Of a DNA stretch of 64,000 nucleotides, positions 22,926 to 32,499 are shown piece after piece. The position numbers and the translations under genes were made by a program. The stretch is from assembly GCA_963734495.1 (NCBI GenBank), contig CAVTHK010000008.1, forward strand, positions 9,611 to 73,610, read 5' to 3'. Each line of letters opens with the position of its first letter. Positions within the stretch are counted from its first letter, which is position 1. Source of the DNA: an uncultured Spirochaetota bacterium (lineage in GTDB: Bacteria; Spirochaetota; Spirochaetia; SZUA-6; CAVTHK01). Below the pieces are notes generated by a model. That model saw nothing but the letters and a program-made list of their open reading frames with translations. It was not told the origin of the DNA and searched no databases.

Positions 22926-23345
22926 GTGTCTGACGACAGCAACAGGGTCGAGCCCGGCGAGGCGACAAGCAGGCGGACCGAGTCGGCCCCGGACGTTCCG
23001 GCCGACCGGCCGGCGCCGAGGCGCAGCGAAGATTCCGACGAAGGCGGGCGCGAGGACGACCGCAGGGAGCGGGGCGGACCTGGCGGCGGCAGGGACGAGC
23101 GCCGCGGCGGTCGGGGGGGCGGCGGCCGCTACCGGGTCTTTTTCCGCAAGAAGGTCTGCCGGTTCTGCAAGGGCCGGGTGAGCATCGACTATCTCGATGC
23201 TGCCGCGCTGCGCCGCTTCACGACGGAGCGGGGCAAGATCCTGCCGGGCCGCATGACCGGAACCTGCGCCAAGCACCAGCGCGTGCTCGCCCGCGCCATC
23301 AAGAGGGCACGCTCCCTCGCGATGCTCCCGTTCGTCGCGAGGTAG
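22926..23345 (+). CDS. rpsR: 30S ribosomal protein S18 (Zn-binding form) with a long disordered N-terminal extension
   Basis: [30 protein letters not shown] and AIKRAR. Confidence 0.95.
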   Translation: MSDDSNRVEPGEATSRRTESAPDVPADRPAPRRSEDSDEGGREDDRRERGGPGGGRDERRGGRGGGGRYRVFFRKKVCRFCKGRVSIDYLDAAALRRFTTERGKILPGRMTGTCAKHQRVLARAIKRARSLAMLPFVAR

Positions 23346-23360
23346 CGGGCCGCGACGGAA

Positions 23361-24476
23361 ATGGAGAACCGAGCGCGGGTCTGGCTCCGGCTCCTCGGAC
23401 GCGCCGCCCTGGCGGTGGCGGCCTACCACGCGGGGATCGTCGTCGCGTTCGCGTACATGGTCGCATCGCGGTCCACGCTGGTGCAGGTCCCGCTTCACTT
23501 CGCTTTCCTGCTGGTCCCGCTGCAGGTGGTCTACCGGCGCAGCGGGCCGCGGGACTTCCTCAGGGTGAGCGCGCTCGCCGTGCTCGTCCTGGCCGCGCTG
23601 CGCGTGGCGCTCGCGGCGAGCGCGCTGCGCGAGCTCGCGGCGGCGGGGCCGCAGAGCGAGATCGAGCGCGTGGTCCTCGCGCCGCTGCCCGGGGTGGTCT
23701 TTCCCCTGGTCGCGATCGAGCTCCTGACGGTGATCGCGCTCCTCGCCGGGCTCGTCTGGGTGAACATCTACGGGCCCGCGGTGCTGCGCTGGCGCACGAT
23801 CTACCTCGCGCTCGCGGCGACCGCCTGCTCGGCCGTCGTCGCGCTCGGGGCGATCGCGGCCCTGGCGGGCAATCACGCGTTCGTGGAGAGCATGAAGCTG
23901 CTCTTCGCCAACGTGATGGATCTGTTCTCAAAGGCGGCCGCGCAGGCCGACGCGACCCTGCCGAAGCTGCCGGGCGCCGACGAGATGCTGCGGACGTTCT
24001 GGGACTACCTGTTCGGAAGCTTCGTGTTCGGGTACTTCCTGAACCTGGCGGGCTCCTGGTACGTCGGCGGGCGGATCGGCAGCCGCAACCGGTTCGCCGA
24101 AGGCGCGAAGCTGCAGGCCTTTCAGCTGCCCGACCTGATGGTCTGGCCGCTGATAGCGAGCTGGTCGGTGGTGCTGCTCGGCCGCTTCGCGACGCTCGGC
24201 TGGCTGCGAGCCTTCGCGCTGAACGCCGGCCTGATCCTGCTCGCGCTGTACGCGGTGCAGGGGCTGGCCGTCATCGAGACGCTCCTCGCGCGCAGCCGTC
24301 GCGGGCCCGAAGGGGGCAGGCGGCTGCTGGTCATGGGCCTGCTGGTCGCTCTGGTCGTCCCGGTCCTGACCGTGGTCGCGATGGTCGTCGTACCCCTTGT
24401 TGGGGTGTCGGAGATATGGATAAAATACCGGATCGAGAGGAAGGAAGGGACCGATGAAGGTCAAGGTGATTCTTAG
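23361..24476 (+). CDS. DUF2232/YybS-like membrane protein
   Basis: Multi-TM protein between rpsR and rplI; F.LP..MVW, YAVQGLAV and GVSEIWI.YR. Confidence 0.8.
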   Translation: MENRARVWLRLLGRAALAVAAYHAGIVVAFAYMVASRSTLVQVPLHFAFLLVPLQVVYRRSGPRDFLRVSALAVLVLAALRVALAASALRELAAAGPQSEIERVVLAPLPGVVFPLVAIELLTVIALLAGLVWVNIYGPAVLRWRTIYLALAATACSAVVALGAIAALAGNHAFVESMKLLFANVMDLFSKAAAQADATLPKLPGADEMLRTFWDYLFGSFVFGYFLNLAGSWYVGGRIGSRNRFAEGAKLQAFQLPDLMVWPLIASWSVVLLGRFATLGWLRAFALNAGLILLALYAVQGLAVIETLLARSRRGPEGGRRLLVMGLLVALVVPVLTVVAMVVVPLVGVSEIWIKYRIERKEGTDEGQGDS

Positions 24477-24912
24477 CCAGGACATACTGAACTTGGGCGA
24501 AGAGGGCGATGTCCGCGAGGTTGCAGCCGGCTACGCCCGCAACTACCTCTTTCCGAAGAAGCTGGCCATGGCCCACACGCACAAGGCCCTGCAGCTCTTC
24601 GAGAGCCGCCGGGCGCACATCGAGACGCGCAAGGAGGCCAAGCGGAGCGAGGCGTCAGGGCTGGCCGAGAAGCTCAGCGCGGAAGAGCTCAAGTTCGTGA
24701 TGCCGGCGGGCGAGAACGGCAAGCTGTTCGGGAGCGTCAGCGCCGCGATGATCGGCGACGAGCTCGGCAAGCGCGGCTATCAAATCGAGCGGAAGCGGAT
24801 CGAAGTTCCGGACAACCACATTCGACAGGTCGGCTCCCACACGGTCAAGATCAAGCTGTACGGCCAGCAGGAAGCGCCCGTCAAGGTGGTGGTGGAAGCG
24901 GCCGCTCCCTAA
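24454..24912 (+). CDS. rplI: 50S ribosomal protein L9
   Basis: KVILSQDILNLGEEGDV.EVAAGYARNYL and GKLFGSV. Confidence 0.97.
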   Translation: MKVKVILSQDILNLGEEGDVREVAAGYARNYLFPKKLAMAHTHKALQLFESRRAHIETRKEAKRSEASGLAEKLSAEELKFVMPAGENGKLFGSVSAAMIGDELGKRGYQIERKRIEVPDNHIRQVGSHTVKIKLYGQQEAPVKVVVEAAAP

Positions 24913-24922
24913 GGGTCCGCGG

Positions 24923-26254
24923 GTGGCAACGCTCAAGGACCAGGGCGCGCCGCACAACCCCGAGGCCGAGGCGGCCTGTCTCGGCGCCCTGCTGCTGGCG
25001 CCCGAGTCGGTCTCCGAGGTCATCCAGTACATCCGGCCGGAAGACTTCTTCAACGGGCGCAACCGGCGCGTGTTCGGGGCGATCCTCGCGCTCTACAACC
25101 GGGGAGACGCGATCGACCTGCTGACGGTGACCGAGGCGCTGCGCGGTCAGGGCGAGCTCGACCCGGCGGGCGGCCCCGCCTACGTGTCGGAGCTCACTTC
25201 GGCGGTCCCCACCGCGGCCAACGTCGCGTACTATGCCCGCCTCGTCCAGGACGAGAGCACGCGCAGGCGGCTCCTGGCCATCTCGGCCCAGATCTCGGCG
25301 CAGGCGCACGACGAGACCGTCGAGGCGCGGCAGACCATAGAAGACGCCGAGCGGCAGATCTACCAGCTCAGCGACGACCGGTACGCCGGAAGCTACGTGC
25401 CGGTAAGGGAGATCATTCCGGAGACGATCGCCACGATCGAGAAGCTCTACCACACCAAGGAGAGCTACACCGGCGTTCCATCCGGGTTCGGCGACCTCGA
25501 TTCGCTCACGAGCGGGTTCCAGGCTTCGGAGTTCATCGTGATCGGCGCGCGACCGTCGGTGGGGAAGACCGCGCTGGCGCTCTCCATGGCCGCCAACATC
25601 GCGATGCGGTACAACAAGCCCGTAGGGTTCTTCACGCTGGAGATGTCGCGCAAGGCGATCGTGCAGCGCCTGGTCGCGAGCGAGGCGCGCCTCGACTCGC
25701 ACCGGCTGCGCAGCGGGATGCTCAAGCCTTCGGACTTCCACAACCTCACCGAGGCCGCGGGGAGGCTGTACGAGACTCCGCTGTACATCGAGGACTCGCC
25801 GAACCTGTCGATCCTCGACCTGCGCGCGATGGCGAGGAGGATGCGCTCCCAGAACGCGGTCGAGATCATCTTCGTCGACTACCTGACGCTGATCACCTCG
25901 GAGAACAAGGAGCTGCAGCGGCACGAGCAGATCGCGGAGATCAGCCGCTCGCTCAAGGCGCTCGCCCGCGAGCTCGACGTCCCCGTGATCGCGCTGTCGC
26001 AGGTGCGGCGCGAGACCGAAGGCAAGGAACCGAACCTCGCCGACATCCGGGAAAGCGGCTCCATCGAGCAGGACGCCGACGTCGTCATCTTCCTCCACCG
26101 CGAGCGGCACGGCCGCGATTCCGAGGAGGAGGAGAACGACGTCGAGACCGACCTGATCGTGGCCAAGCAGCGCAACGGCCCGGTGGGCAAGGTCAAGCTC
26201 GCGTTCGTGCCCAGGTACACGCGGTTCGAGAACTGGACGCGGGACCGGCGCTGA
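24923..26254 (+). CDS. dnaB: Replicative DNA helicase
   Basis: PHNPEAEAACLG, GARPSVGKT, FVDYL, LSQV.R, RESGSIEQDADV and AKQRNGPVG. Confidence 0.98.
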   Translation: MATLKDQGAPHNPEAEAACLGALLLAPESVSEVIQYIRPEDFFNGRNRRVFGAILALYNRGDAIDLLTVTEALRGQGELDPAGGPAYVSELTSAVPTAANVAYYARLVQDESTRRRLLAISAQISAQAHDETVEARQTIEDAERQIYQLSDDRYAGSYVPVREIIPETIATIEKLYHTKESYTGVPSGFGDLDSLTSGFQASEFIVIGARPSVGKTALALSMAANIAMRYNKPVGFFTLEMSRKAIVQRLVASEARLDSHRLRSGMLKPSDFHNLTEAAGRLYETPLYIEDSPNLSILDLRAMARRMRSQNAVEIIFVDYLTLITSENKELQRHEQIAEISRSLKALARELDVPVIALSQVRRETEGKEPNLADIRESGSIEQDADVVIFLHRERHGRDSEEEENDVETDLIVAKQRNGPVGKVKLAFVPRYTRFENWTRDRR

Positions 26255-26280
26255 CGGTGTCTGAAGCCGCGCTCGCGCAC

Positions 26281-28326
26281 CTACCGTTCGAGGATGTAGC
26301 GGTCGGCGTCGCGGCTGTAGACGCGGTTCTCCTGAGGCAGCACCGCGAGCCAGCTCGAGTCGGCAAACACGTACAGATCGGCGAGGAGCCTGCCGCTGCG
26401 GGTCTCCCAGAGGCTCACGGTGCGGTCGCGGTTGATCGCGGCGAGGAGGCGTCGTCCGGCTGCGAGCGCGCGGGGCACGTGGGTCGAGGCCTCGAGGGGC
26501 CTGACCCTTCCGTCCGCCCACTCCTGGACGCCCTCCATCCCGATGGAGGAGTAGAGCCTCGCGCCGTCGGCATCAAAGGCGATCGAGGCCCCGCCATCCT
26601 CGCCCGCGTAGCGGATGACCGTCTGCAGGCGCTCGAAACCCGCCCCGTCGTGCAGCCGCACGGTCGTGCTGCTTTCGCCGCCCGACTCCTCCACGGCGAG
26701 CGAGAAGAACCGGGCGCGGGCCGGGTCTGCCGCGAGGGCGTAGCTGAGGAATGCCGTGTCCGGAAGCGGGACGGTCTCGCCGGTCCGCGTGTTGATGCGG
26801 ATCAGCGGATGCTCCAGCCGCGACAGACGGGTCCTCGCCCCGACGAGCACGCCGTCGGGCATCCAGATGACGGCGCGGGTGCTCTGGGCCGTCAGGCGAT
26901 ACAGCCGAGCGAAGCTCGAGCGGTCGATGAGCTGGATGGTGCCGTCGGCCTCGAGCGTCAACAGCGCGTCGGGGCCGCCGCTCGCGACGCCGAGGAGCGG
27001 CGAGCCGAACAGGTCGTCCGGCACGGCGGCCACTTCGTCGAGGGCGAGGTCCTCCCCCGGAGGCGCGAGCGTATAGAGCCGGAGAGCCCGGCCGCTGCGG
27101 TCCCAGACCGCCAGCGTGCGATCGTCGAGAAAGCTCACCGCGGGCTCATCCATGCCGGGCAGCGGAATTCGCTGCGCGCGGTAGCCCTTCACCGTAGACC
27201 GTCCTCCAAACAGGCGAGGGGTCGTGTCGATCTCGAACAGCCACACGCCCTCGGCATCCGCCAGCGCGGTCCGGTCGCCGCCCGCCGCGACCGCGTTGAG
27301 CCGCGCCAGGTTGTCGCGCGAGATTTCGGCCGGGGCGCCGTAGAAAGGGACCTTGACGATCGTGCCGCGCTCGTCGCCGACGTAGACGGCATCGAGCGCG
27401 GCCGCCAGGGCCGTGAGGCCGCCCGTCATGCGGGCGAGGTCGGGCGCGCCCGCCAGCTCCAGCGGGGCCGTGGACCCGCCCCAGTAGGACCACTGGCTCA
27501 GGCTGCTCCTTCCGCTCGAAGAGCCGGACACCACCAGGATGCGGGAGCCGTCCGGGCTGGCGTCGAGGGCGAGGACGTCCGCGATCGGCCGGTCGGCGAG
27601 CATCTCGCCCGTGGCGACGTCGATCACCGCGAGGCCGGTGCGCGAGCGCGCGAGCATCGTCGCCAGGTCCTCCGTGATCCGGCGCGGGGCGAGATCGGCG
27701 ACGGTGGCGACTTCCTTGATCTTGTCGCCCGAGCGCAGCTCCCAGTAGCTGATCTTTCCCGAGGGCTGGTAGGCCATGAGGTTGCGCTCGGTGCGCGAGA
27801 AGGCGACGAACGAGACGATGCCGAATCCCTGGCTCAGGTACGGCAGGGCGCGCCCCGAGCGCGCGTCGAGGATGCTGATGCTCCGGTAGTCGGCGCGGGT
27901 GTACACGAGGTATGTCCCGAGCGTGGAAAAGCTCAGGTGAAGGGGCATGTCCGGCAGATCGACGGAATACAGGCGCGAGCCCCGCGACCAGTCCCAGACG
28001 GTGATGCGCGCGCTGCGCGTCGTCGGAGCGTCCACCGTCGCCAGCAGGGGCGCCGACGGATGGATCGCGAGCCGCTGGACGGGAGAGCGGGAAACGGCGA
28101 GCGCCGCTTCCTGCCGGCCCGTCTTGAGGTCCCACACGCGGACGGTGCCGTCGGAGCCCGCGCTCGCGAGCAGCCCCCGCCCGCTGTCGACCGCAAGCGC
28201 AGTGATCGCCCCCTGGTGCCCGGTGTCGACCGTGAGCGCCGCCGCGGACGCCGCCGCCAGAACCGCGAGCGCGGCCGCGAGCCGCCACCGGCTACAGCGT
28301 GCGGTAGATCCGGTTGACCGATACAT
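26281..28326 (-). CDS. Exported WD40/beta-propeller repeat protein (start uncertain)
   Basis: Signal-like LAAALAVLAAASAAA, GHQGAITAL...ASAGSDGTVRVWD and further blade repeats. Confidence 0.8.
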   Translation of the reverse strand: MYRSTGSTARCSRWRLAAALAVLAAASAAALTVDTGHQGAITALAVDSGRGLLASAGSDGTVRVWDLKTGRQEAALAVSRSPVQRLAIHPSAPLLATVDAPTTRSARITVWDWSRGSRLYSVDLPDMPLHLSFSTLGTYLVYTRADYRSISILDARSGRALPYLSQGFGIVSFVAFSRTERNLMAYQPSGKISYWELRSGDKIKEVATVADLAPRRITEDLATMLARSRTGLAVIDVATGEMLADRPIADVLALDASPDGSRILVVSGSSSGRSSLSQWSYWGGSTAPLELAGAPDLARMTGGLTALAAALDAVYVGDERGTIVKVPFYGAPAEISRDNLARLNAVAAGGDRTALADAEGVWLFEIDTTPRLFGGRSTVKGYRAQRIPLPGMDEPAVSFLDDRTLAVWDRSGRALRLYTLAPPGEDLALDEVAAVPDDLFGSPLLGVASGGPDALLTLEADGTIQLIDRSSFARLYRLTAQSTRAVIWMPDGVLVGARTRLSRLEHPLIRINTRTGETVPLPDTAFLSYALAADPARARFFSLAVEESGGESSTTVRLHDGAGFERLQTVIRYAGEDGGASIAFDADGARLYSSIGMEGVQEWADGRVRPLEASTHVPRALAAGRRLLAAINRDRTVSLWETRSGRLLADLYVFADSSWLAVLPQENRVYSRDADRYILER

Positions 28327-28906
28327 AGGGCCGCTGCAGAATCTCGCTGAACGGTTCCTCGCGGGCGATCTCATGCAGCCTCTCCTTGGCCCGCTGGTAC
28401 GTCGCCTCGGGGACGCGCGACAGCGCGACCTCGCGGTCGCGGAGCCCCTCGATCTGGAAGCGCAGGCGCCCGTCGGCCTCGCGGCCCACGAACAGGACGC
28501 GCACGTCGCGCTGCTCCTCGCTCTCGAGCGCCCGGCTGAGGAGATAGTACTTGACGACCTCAACGGCGGAATCGTCGAGCCCCTCGCGCCAGATGCGGAG
28601 CTTCTCGACGAGCTCGGGGTAGCCGATCGCGACCCGGGCCGGGTCGCCGATCTCGTACTCCAGCGCGCCTCTCTGGAACGCGCTGCGGTCCAGCTCGGGA
28701 ATGAGGAACACCTCGAAGCCGGCCGAAGGCGAATGCACCCGCACGGGCAGCTCGGGTTTCAGGAGCGTCCCGCAGTGGGGGCACTCGAGGCTCATAAAGG
28801 TGCCCTCCAGGATCTCGTCCGCGGCACGCGGATTGCCGTCCAGGTCGACGGCGTCGGCAAAGTCCGTCTGGACGCGCTCTCCGCAGTAGCACTCGATCTC
28901 TTTCAC
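28292..28906 (-). CDS. CpXC domain protein
   Basis: GTG start; IECYCG...ILEGTF...CPHCG and GYPELVEK. Confidence 0.8.
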   Translation of the reverse strand: MKEIECYCGERVQTDFADAVDLDGNPRAADEILEGTFMSLECPHCGTLLKPELPVRVHSPSAGFEVFLIPELDRSAFQRGALEYEIGDPARVAIGYPELVEKLRIWREGLDDSAVEVVKYYLLSRALESEEQRDVRVLFVGREADGRLRFQIEGLRDREVALSRVPEATYQRAKERLHEIAREEPFSEILQRPYVSVNRIYRTL

Positions 28907-28911
28907 GGCAG

Positions 28912-30312
28912 CTACCCCACGTAGAACAGTATATCGCTCGCCACCGCGAGGAAGATGAGCCCGAAGACCACGATCGTCCCGATGATCTGAAAACGCCACA
29001 GCAACCGCGGCCCGAGCTGCCTCCGCGAGATCGCCTCGGCCCCCGAGATCACGATGAGCCCGCCGTCGAGCGCCGGCAGCGGCAGCAGGTTCATGATGGC
29101 AATGGCGATCGAGAGCAGCGAGACGAACTGGAAGAACGCCACGACGCCTTCTCCGACCCCGAGGCGGAAGCCGAACACCGCGGCCTCCCCGACCATGCGC
29201 GTGATGCGGATGGGGCCGGCAACCACCTCGTCGAGCTTGCGGTTGTGCATGTGCAGCAGCTGCCGCAGGCCCGAAACCGACATGCTCACGATCTCGCCGG
29301 TGCGCTGCACGCCCGTGACGAGAGCCTCGCCGAAGCCGAGCCGCGGAGAGCGGTAGACCTTTTGCGCGAAGGTGAGCCCGATGTCGATGCGGCCGCCGGC
29401 GGCGCCCCCTGCATCGAGCCTGGTCGTCCTCTGCTCTCCGCCGCGGTGATACGAGATCGTCGCAGGCTCCGCGCCCGCGCGGAAATGGTCCTCGAGGACG
29501 GCGTAGAACGCAACGTCGTACGGCACCGGCTTGTCGTCGACGGCGGTGATGAGGTCGCCGGCCTGCAGGCCCGACCGTTCAGCGGTCGAGCCGGGGTCCA
29601 CGCGCGCGACCCGCGGCTCGACCCACGCGTAGACTCCGATCCTGCCGAGGCGGGTCTCCGCGTCCCGATCGGGCACGATACGGAGCGCGATCCTGCTGCC
29701 CGCGCGGTCCACGCTGAGGGCCAGCGCGCGGCCCGGGCTGCGGCGCACCGTCTCGGAGATCTCCCAGAAGCTCTGGACGGGCCGGCCGTCGATCGCGAGG
29801 ATGCGGTCGCCCGTCTCGAGGCCCGCCTTGTCGGCAGGGTAGCTTGCCGGGGCCGTGCCCTGGCTCGCCGCCGCCTGGTCGTACTGCGACGCGAGGACGA
29901 TCCTGCCGTCCGTGGAGTGGATGCGGAACCCGAGCCACCAGATCAGGGTGAGCACCAGGACCGCGAAGACGAAGTTGGACGCCGGCCCCGCGACGGCGAC
30001 GACGATGCGGCGCCAGGGGGCCGCGGCGAGGAAGGAGCCGGGCTCCGCGCGCACCGCCGCGACCTTCTCCGCGCTCATGTCGCCGCGGAGCATCTCGCCC
30101 TTCATCTTGCAGTAGCCGCCGATGGGGAACCAGGCGATCTGGTAGAGAGTGCTCCCGCGGGTGAACCCCCAGAGGCGCCGGCCCCAGCCGAGGGAAAAGA
30201 CTTCGACCTCGATCCCACTCGCTTTGGCTGCGAGGAAATGGCCCAGCTCGTGGACGAACACGATCATCCCCAGTCCGAGGATGCCGAAAAACAACGTCGA
30301 AACGACGGTCAC
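28912..30312 (-). CDS. rseP: RIP metalloprotease RseP (site-2 protease with PDZ domains)
   Basis: HELGH, FSLGWG, PIGGYCKM, AGPASN and NLLPLPALDGG. Confidence 0.95.
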   Translation of the reverse strand: MTVVSTLFFGILGLGMIVFVHELGHFLAAKASGIEVEVFSLGWGRRLWGFTRGSTLYQIAWFPIGGYCKMKGEMLRGDMSAEKVAAVRAEPGSFLAAAPWRRIVVAVAGPASNFVFAVLVLTLIWWLGFRIHSTDGRIVLASQYDQAAASQGTAPASYPADKAGLETGDRILAIDGRPVQSFWEISETVRRSPGRALALSVDRAGSRIALRIVPDRDAETRLGRIGVYAWVEPRVARVDPGSTAERSGLQAGDLITAVDDKPVPYDVAFYAVLEDHFRAGAEPATISYHRGGEQRTTRLDAGGAAGGRIDIGLTFAQKVYRSPRLGFGEALVTGVQRTGEIVSMSVSGLRQLLHMHNRKLDEVVAGPIRITRMVGEAAVFGFRLGVGEGVVAFFQFVSLLSIAIAIMNLLPLPALDGGLIVISGAEAISRRQLGPRLLWRFQIIGTIVVFGLIFLAVASDILFYVG

Positions 30313-30345
30313 TTGAACGCTCTCCCGGGTCGATCCCCGGCCGGT

Positions 30346-31185
30346 CTACCGGCCGAGCAGCCCGACCAATAGGTAGTATAACGGCGCGGCGAGCAGCAGA
30401 GAGTCGGCCGAGTCCAGGAGGCCGCCCCTGCCCATCATCAGCGTCCCCGAATCCTTGACGCCGGCCGAGCGCTTGAGCACGCTCTCTATGAGGTCGCCGA
30501 GGATGGTGGCGCAGCCGATGACCGTTCCCAGCAACAGGGCCCCCGCCGTTCCCCCGGGCACGAGCCGCGGCCAGAGAAGAAGCGCGGCCAGCGAGACCAC
30601 AAGCGACATTACGAAGCCGGCGACGAAGCCTGCGATCGACTTGGTGGGACTGATCAGCAGCCCGATGGGCCGGCCCACGAGCATCCCCACCGCCCACGCC
30701 GCAGTGTCGTTGCCGAACACCAGGGCGAAGAGGAACAGCAGGTGAAACGTGGCGTCCTGGAGCGTGGAAACCCGCGCGATGAACAGCACGAAGAGGCCGG
30801 GATAGACGAGCACGACCAGTGAGGCCGCGACGCGGGTGAGAACGGCCTCCATGTCCTGCTTGTTGTCGACCCAGATCCCCCGCAGCAGGAGAAGTCCGAC
30901 CGCGCCGCAGACCCAGAGCAGCAGGTGAGACTCGCCGATGACGCCGACGGCCTGCAGATACGAAGCGGCGGGAAAGCTCGCGCCCAGCAACGGCGCGAGC
31001 CAGCGGTACGTGCTCAGGGACCGCTTCTCGAAGAGGTTCCTCACCTCGAGCGCGCCCATGAACGTGGCGGCGACGCACGTGACGTTGATCAGCAGGAATT
31101 TGGCCCCCGTCAGGCGGTAGGCCATGAGGAACAGCAACGGAAGCACCAGCGCCGCCAGCATGATCCTCGCCAGCAGCTTGTTCAT
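30346..31185 (-). CDS. cdsA: Phosphatidate cytidylyltransferase
   Basis: NDTAAW, ISPTKSIAG and GDLIESVLKRSAGVKDSG...GRGGLLDS.DS. Confidence 0.95.
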   Translation of the reverse strand: MNKLLARIMLAALVLPLLFLMAYRLTGAKFLLINVTCVAATFMGALEVRNLFEKRSLSTYRWLAPLLGASFPAASYLQAVGVIGESHLLLWVCGAVGLLLLRGIWVDNKQDMEAVLTRVAASLVVLVYPGLFVLFIARVSTLQDATFHLLFLFALVFGNDTAAWAVGMLVGRPIGLLISPTKSIAGFVAGFVMSLVVSLAALLLWPRLVPGGTAGALLLGTVIGCATILGDLIESVLKRSAGVKDSGTLMMGRGGLLDSADSLLLAAPLYYLLVGLLGR

Positions 31186-31913
31186 CTCTTGCCGCCGAAC
31201 GTGCGTTTGCGCTGCTGGTAGTCGCAGAGCGCCAGGGCGAGCTGCTCGCCGTCCCAGTCGGGCCATCTCAGGGGGCTGAAGAACAGCTCGGCGTAGGCGC
31301 TTTCCCACAGGAGGAAGTTCGAGAGCCTCTGCTCGCCGCCGGTGCGGATGACAAGGTCGAGGGGCGGCAGGTCGGGCTGGTCGAGGTGGCGCTCGAGGTC
31401 CGTGAACGAAAGCGCGGCCTGGCCCGCGCCGTTGTTCCGACCGTGGTCCTTCCCCGCGGCCAGCCAGCGATTGACGGCCCTCACGATCTCGTCGCGGCCT
31501 CCGTAGTTGATGGCCAGGTTGACCGTGATCCCCGGGTACGCCGCCGTCGCCGCCTCCACCCGCTCGACCTCACGCGTCACATCGGGCGGCAGGCGCGCGC
31601 AGTCTCCCGAGTGCACGACGCGCACCTTGTTCGCCCGGTAGAAGTCCAGCTCCTTGCGGAGGTGCGTCCGGAGCAGGAGCATGAGAAAATCGACCTCGTC
31701 CCGCGCACGGGCCCAGTTCTCGGTGGAAAAGGTGTAGAGGGAAAGGTATCTCAGGCCCAGGTCGGACGCGGCCTTGACGACGCGCTTGGCCGCGCTCAGA
31801 CCCTCCTTGTGCCCGTACGTGCGGGGCTTGCCGCGGCTGGCCGCCCAGCGGCCGTTTCCGTCCATGATGATGCCGACATGGACCGGAAGCGATCGTGGAT
31901 CTAGATCCGCCAT
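31182..31913 (-). CDS. uppS: Undecaprenyl diphosphate synthase
   Basis: HVGIIMDGNGRWA, FSTENW, NYGGRDEI and IRTGGEQRLSNFLLW. Confidence 0.97.
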   Translation of the reverse strand: MADLDPRSLPVHVGIIMDGNGRWAASRGKPRTYGHKEGLSAAKRVVKAASDLGLRYLSLYTFSTENWARARDEVDFLMLLLRTHLRKELDFYRANKVRVVHSGDCARLPPDVTREVERVEAATAAYPGITVNLAINYGGRDEIVRAVNRWLAAGKDHGRNNGAGQAALSFTDLERHLDQPDLPPLDLVIRTGGEQRLSNFLLWESAYAELFFSPLRWPDWDGEQLALALCDYQQRKRTFGGKR

Positions 31914-32473
31914 CAGACCTCGAGGATTTCCTTCTCTTTAGCCTCCAGGAGCTTCGCCACCTCGGCGATGTACTTGTCCGTGAGCTTCTGCGTCTCGTCC
32001 TGGGCCCTCTTCGACTCGTCCTCGCTGATCTCGGAGTCCTTCTGCAGCTTCTTCAATTCCTCGTTCGCGTCGCGGCGGATATTGCGGATCGCGACCCGGC
32101 TCGCCTCCGCCTTGTTGCGCGCCAGCTTGACGTACTCCTGCCGCCTCTGCTCGGTCAGCGGCGGGATGTTGATCCGGATGACCTTGCCGTCGTTGCTCGG
32201 GTTCACGGACAGCTCGGACTTCTGGATCGCCTTTTCGATCTCCGTCAGCACCGAGCGGTCCCACGGCTGGATGACGACGAGCCGGGGCTCGGGCACGCTG
32301 ATCGTCGCCACCTGGTTCAGCGGCGTGGCCTGCCCGTAGTACTCGACCTTGATCTTTTCGAACAGGGCGGCCGAGGCCCTCCCTGTGCGGATGCCGTTGA
32401 AATCGTCGGAGAGAGCCTGGATGGCCTTTTTCATCCTTTCTTCGGATTGCCGCTTGACCTTATCCACACTCAC
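31913..32473 (-). CDS. frr: Ribosome recycling factor
   Basis: IRTGRAS, YYGQ.TPLNQVA, IPPLTE.RR and KEKEILEV. Confidence 0.98.
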   Translation of the reverse strand: MSVDKVKRQSEERMKKAIQALSDDFNGIRTGRASAALFEKIKVEYYGQATPLNQVATISVPEPRLVVIQPWDRSVLTEIEKAIQKSELSVNPSNDGKVIRINIPPLTEQRRQEYVKLARNKAEASRVAIRNIRRDANEELKKLQKDSEISEDESKRAQDETQKLTDKYIAEVAKLLEAKEKEILEV

Positions 32474-32499
32474 TCTTGAGCCTCCTGGACGCCCGGGCC

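Noticed and set aside
32474-32499. pyrH missing between tsf and frr
   Set aside because: This is the usual arrangement in spirochaetes such as Treponema and Borrelia, so it is not novel.
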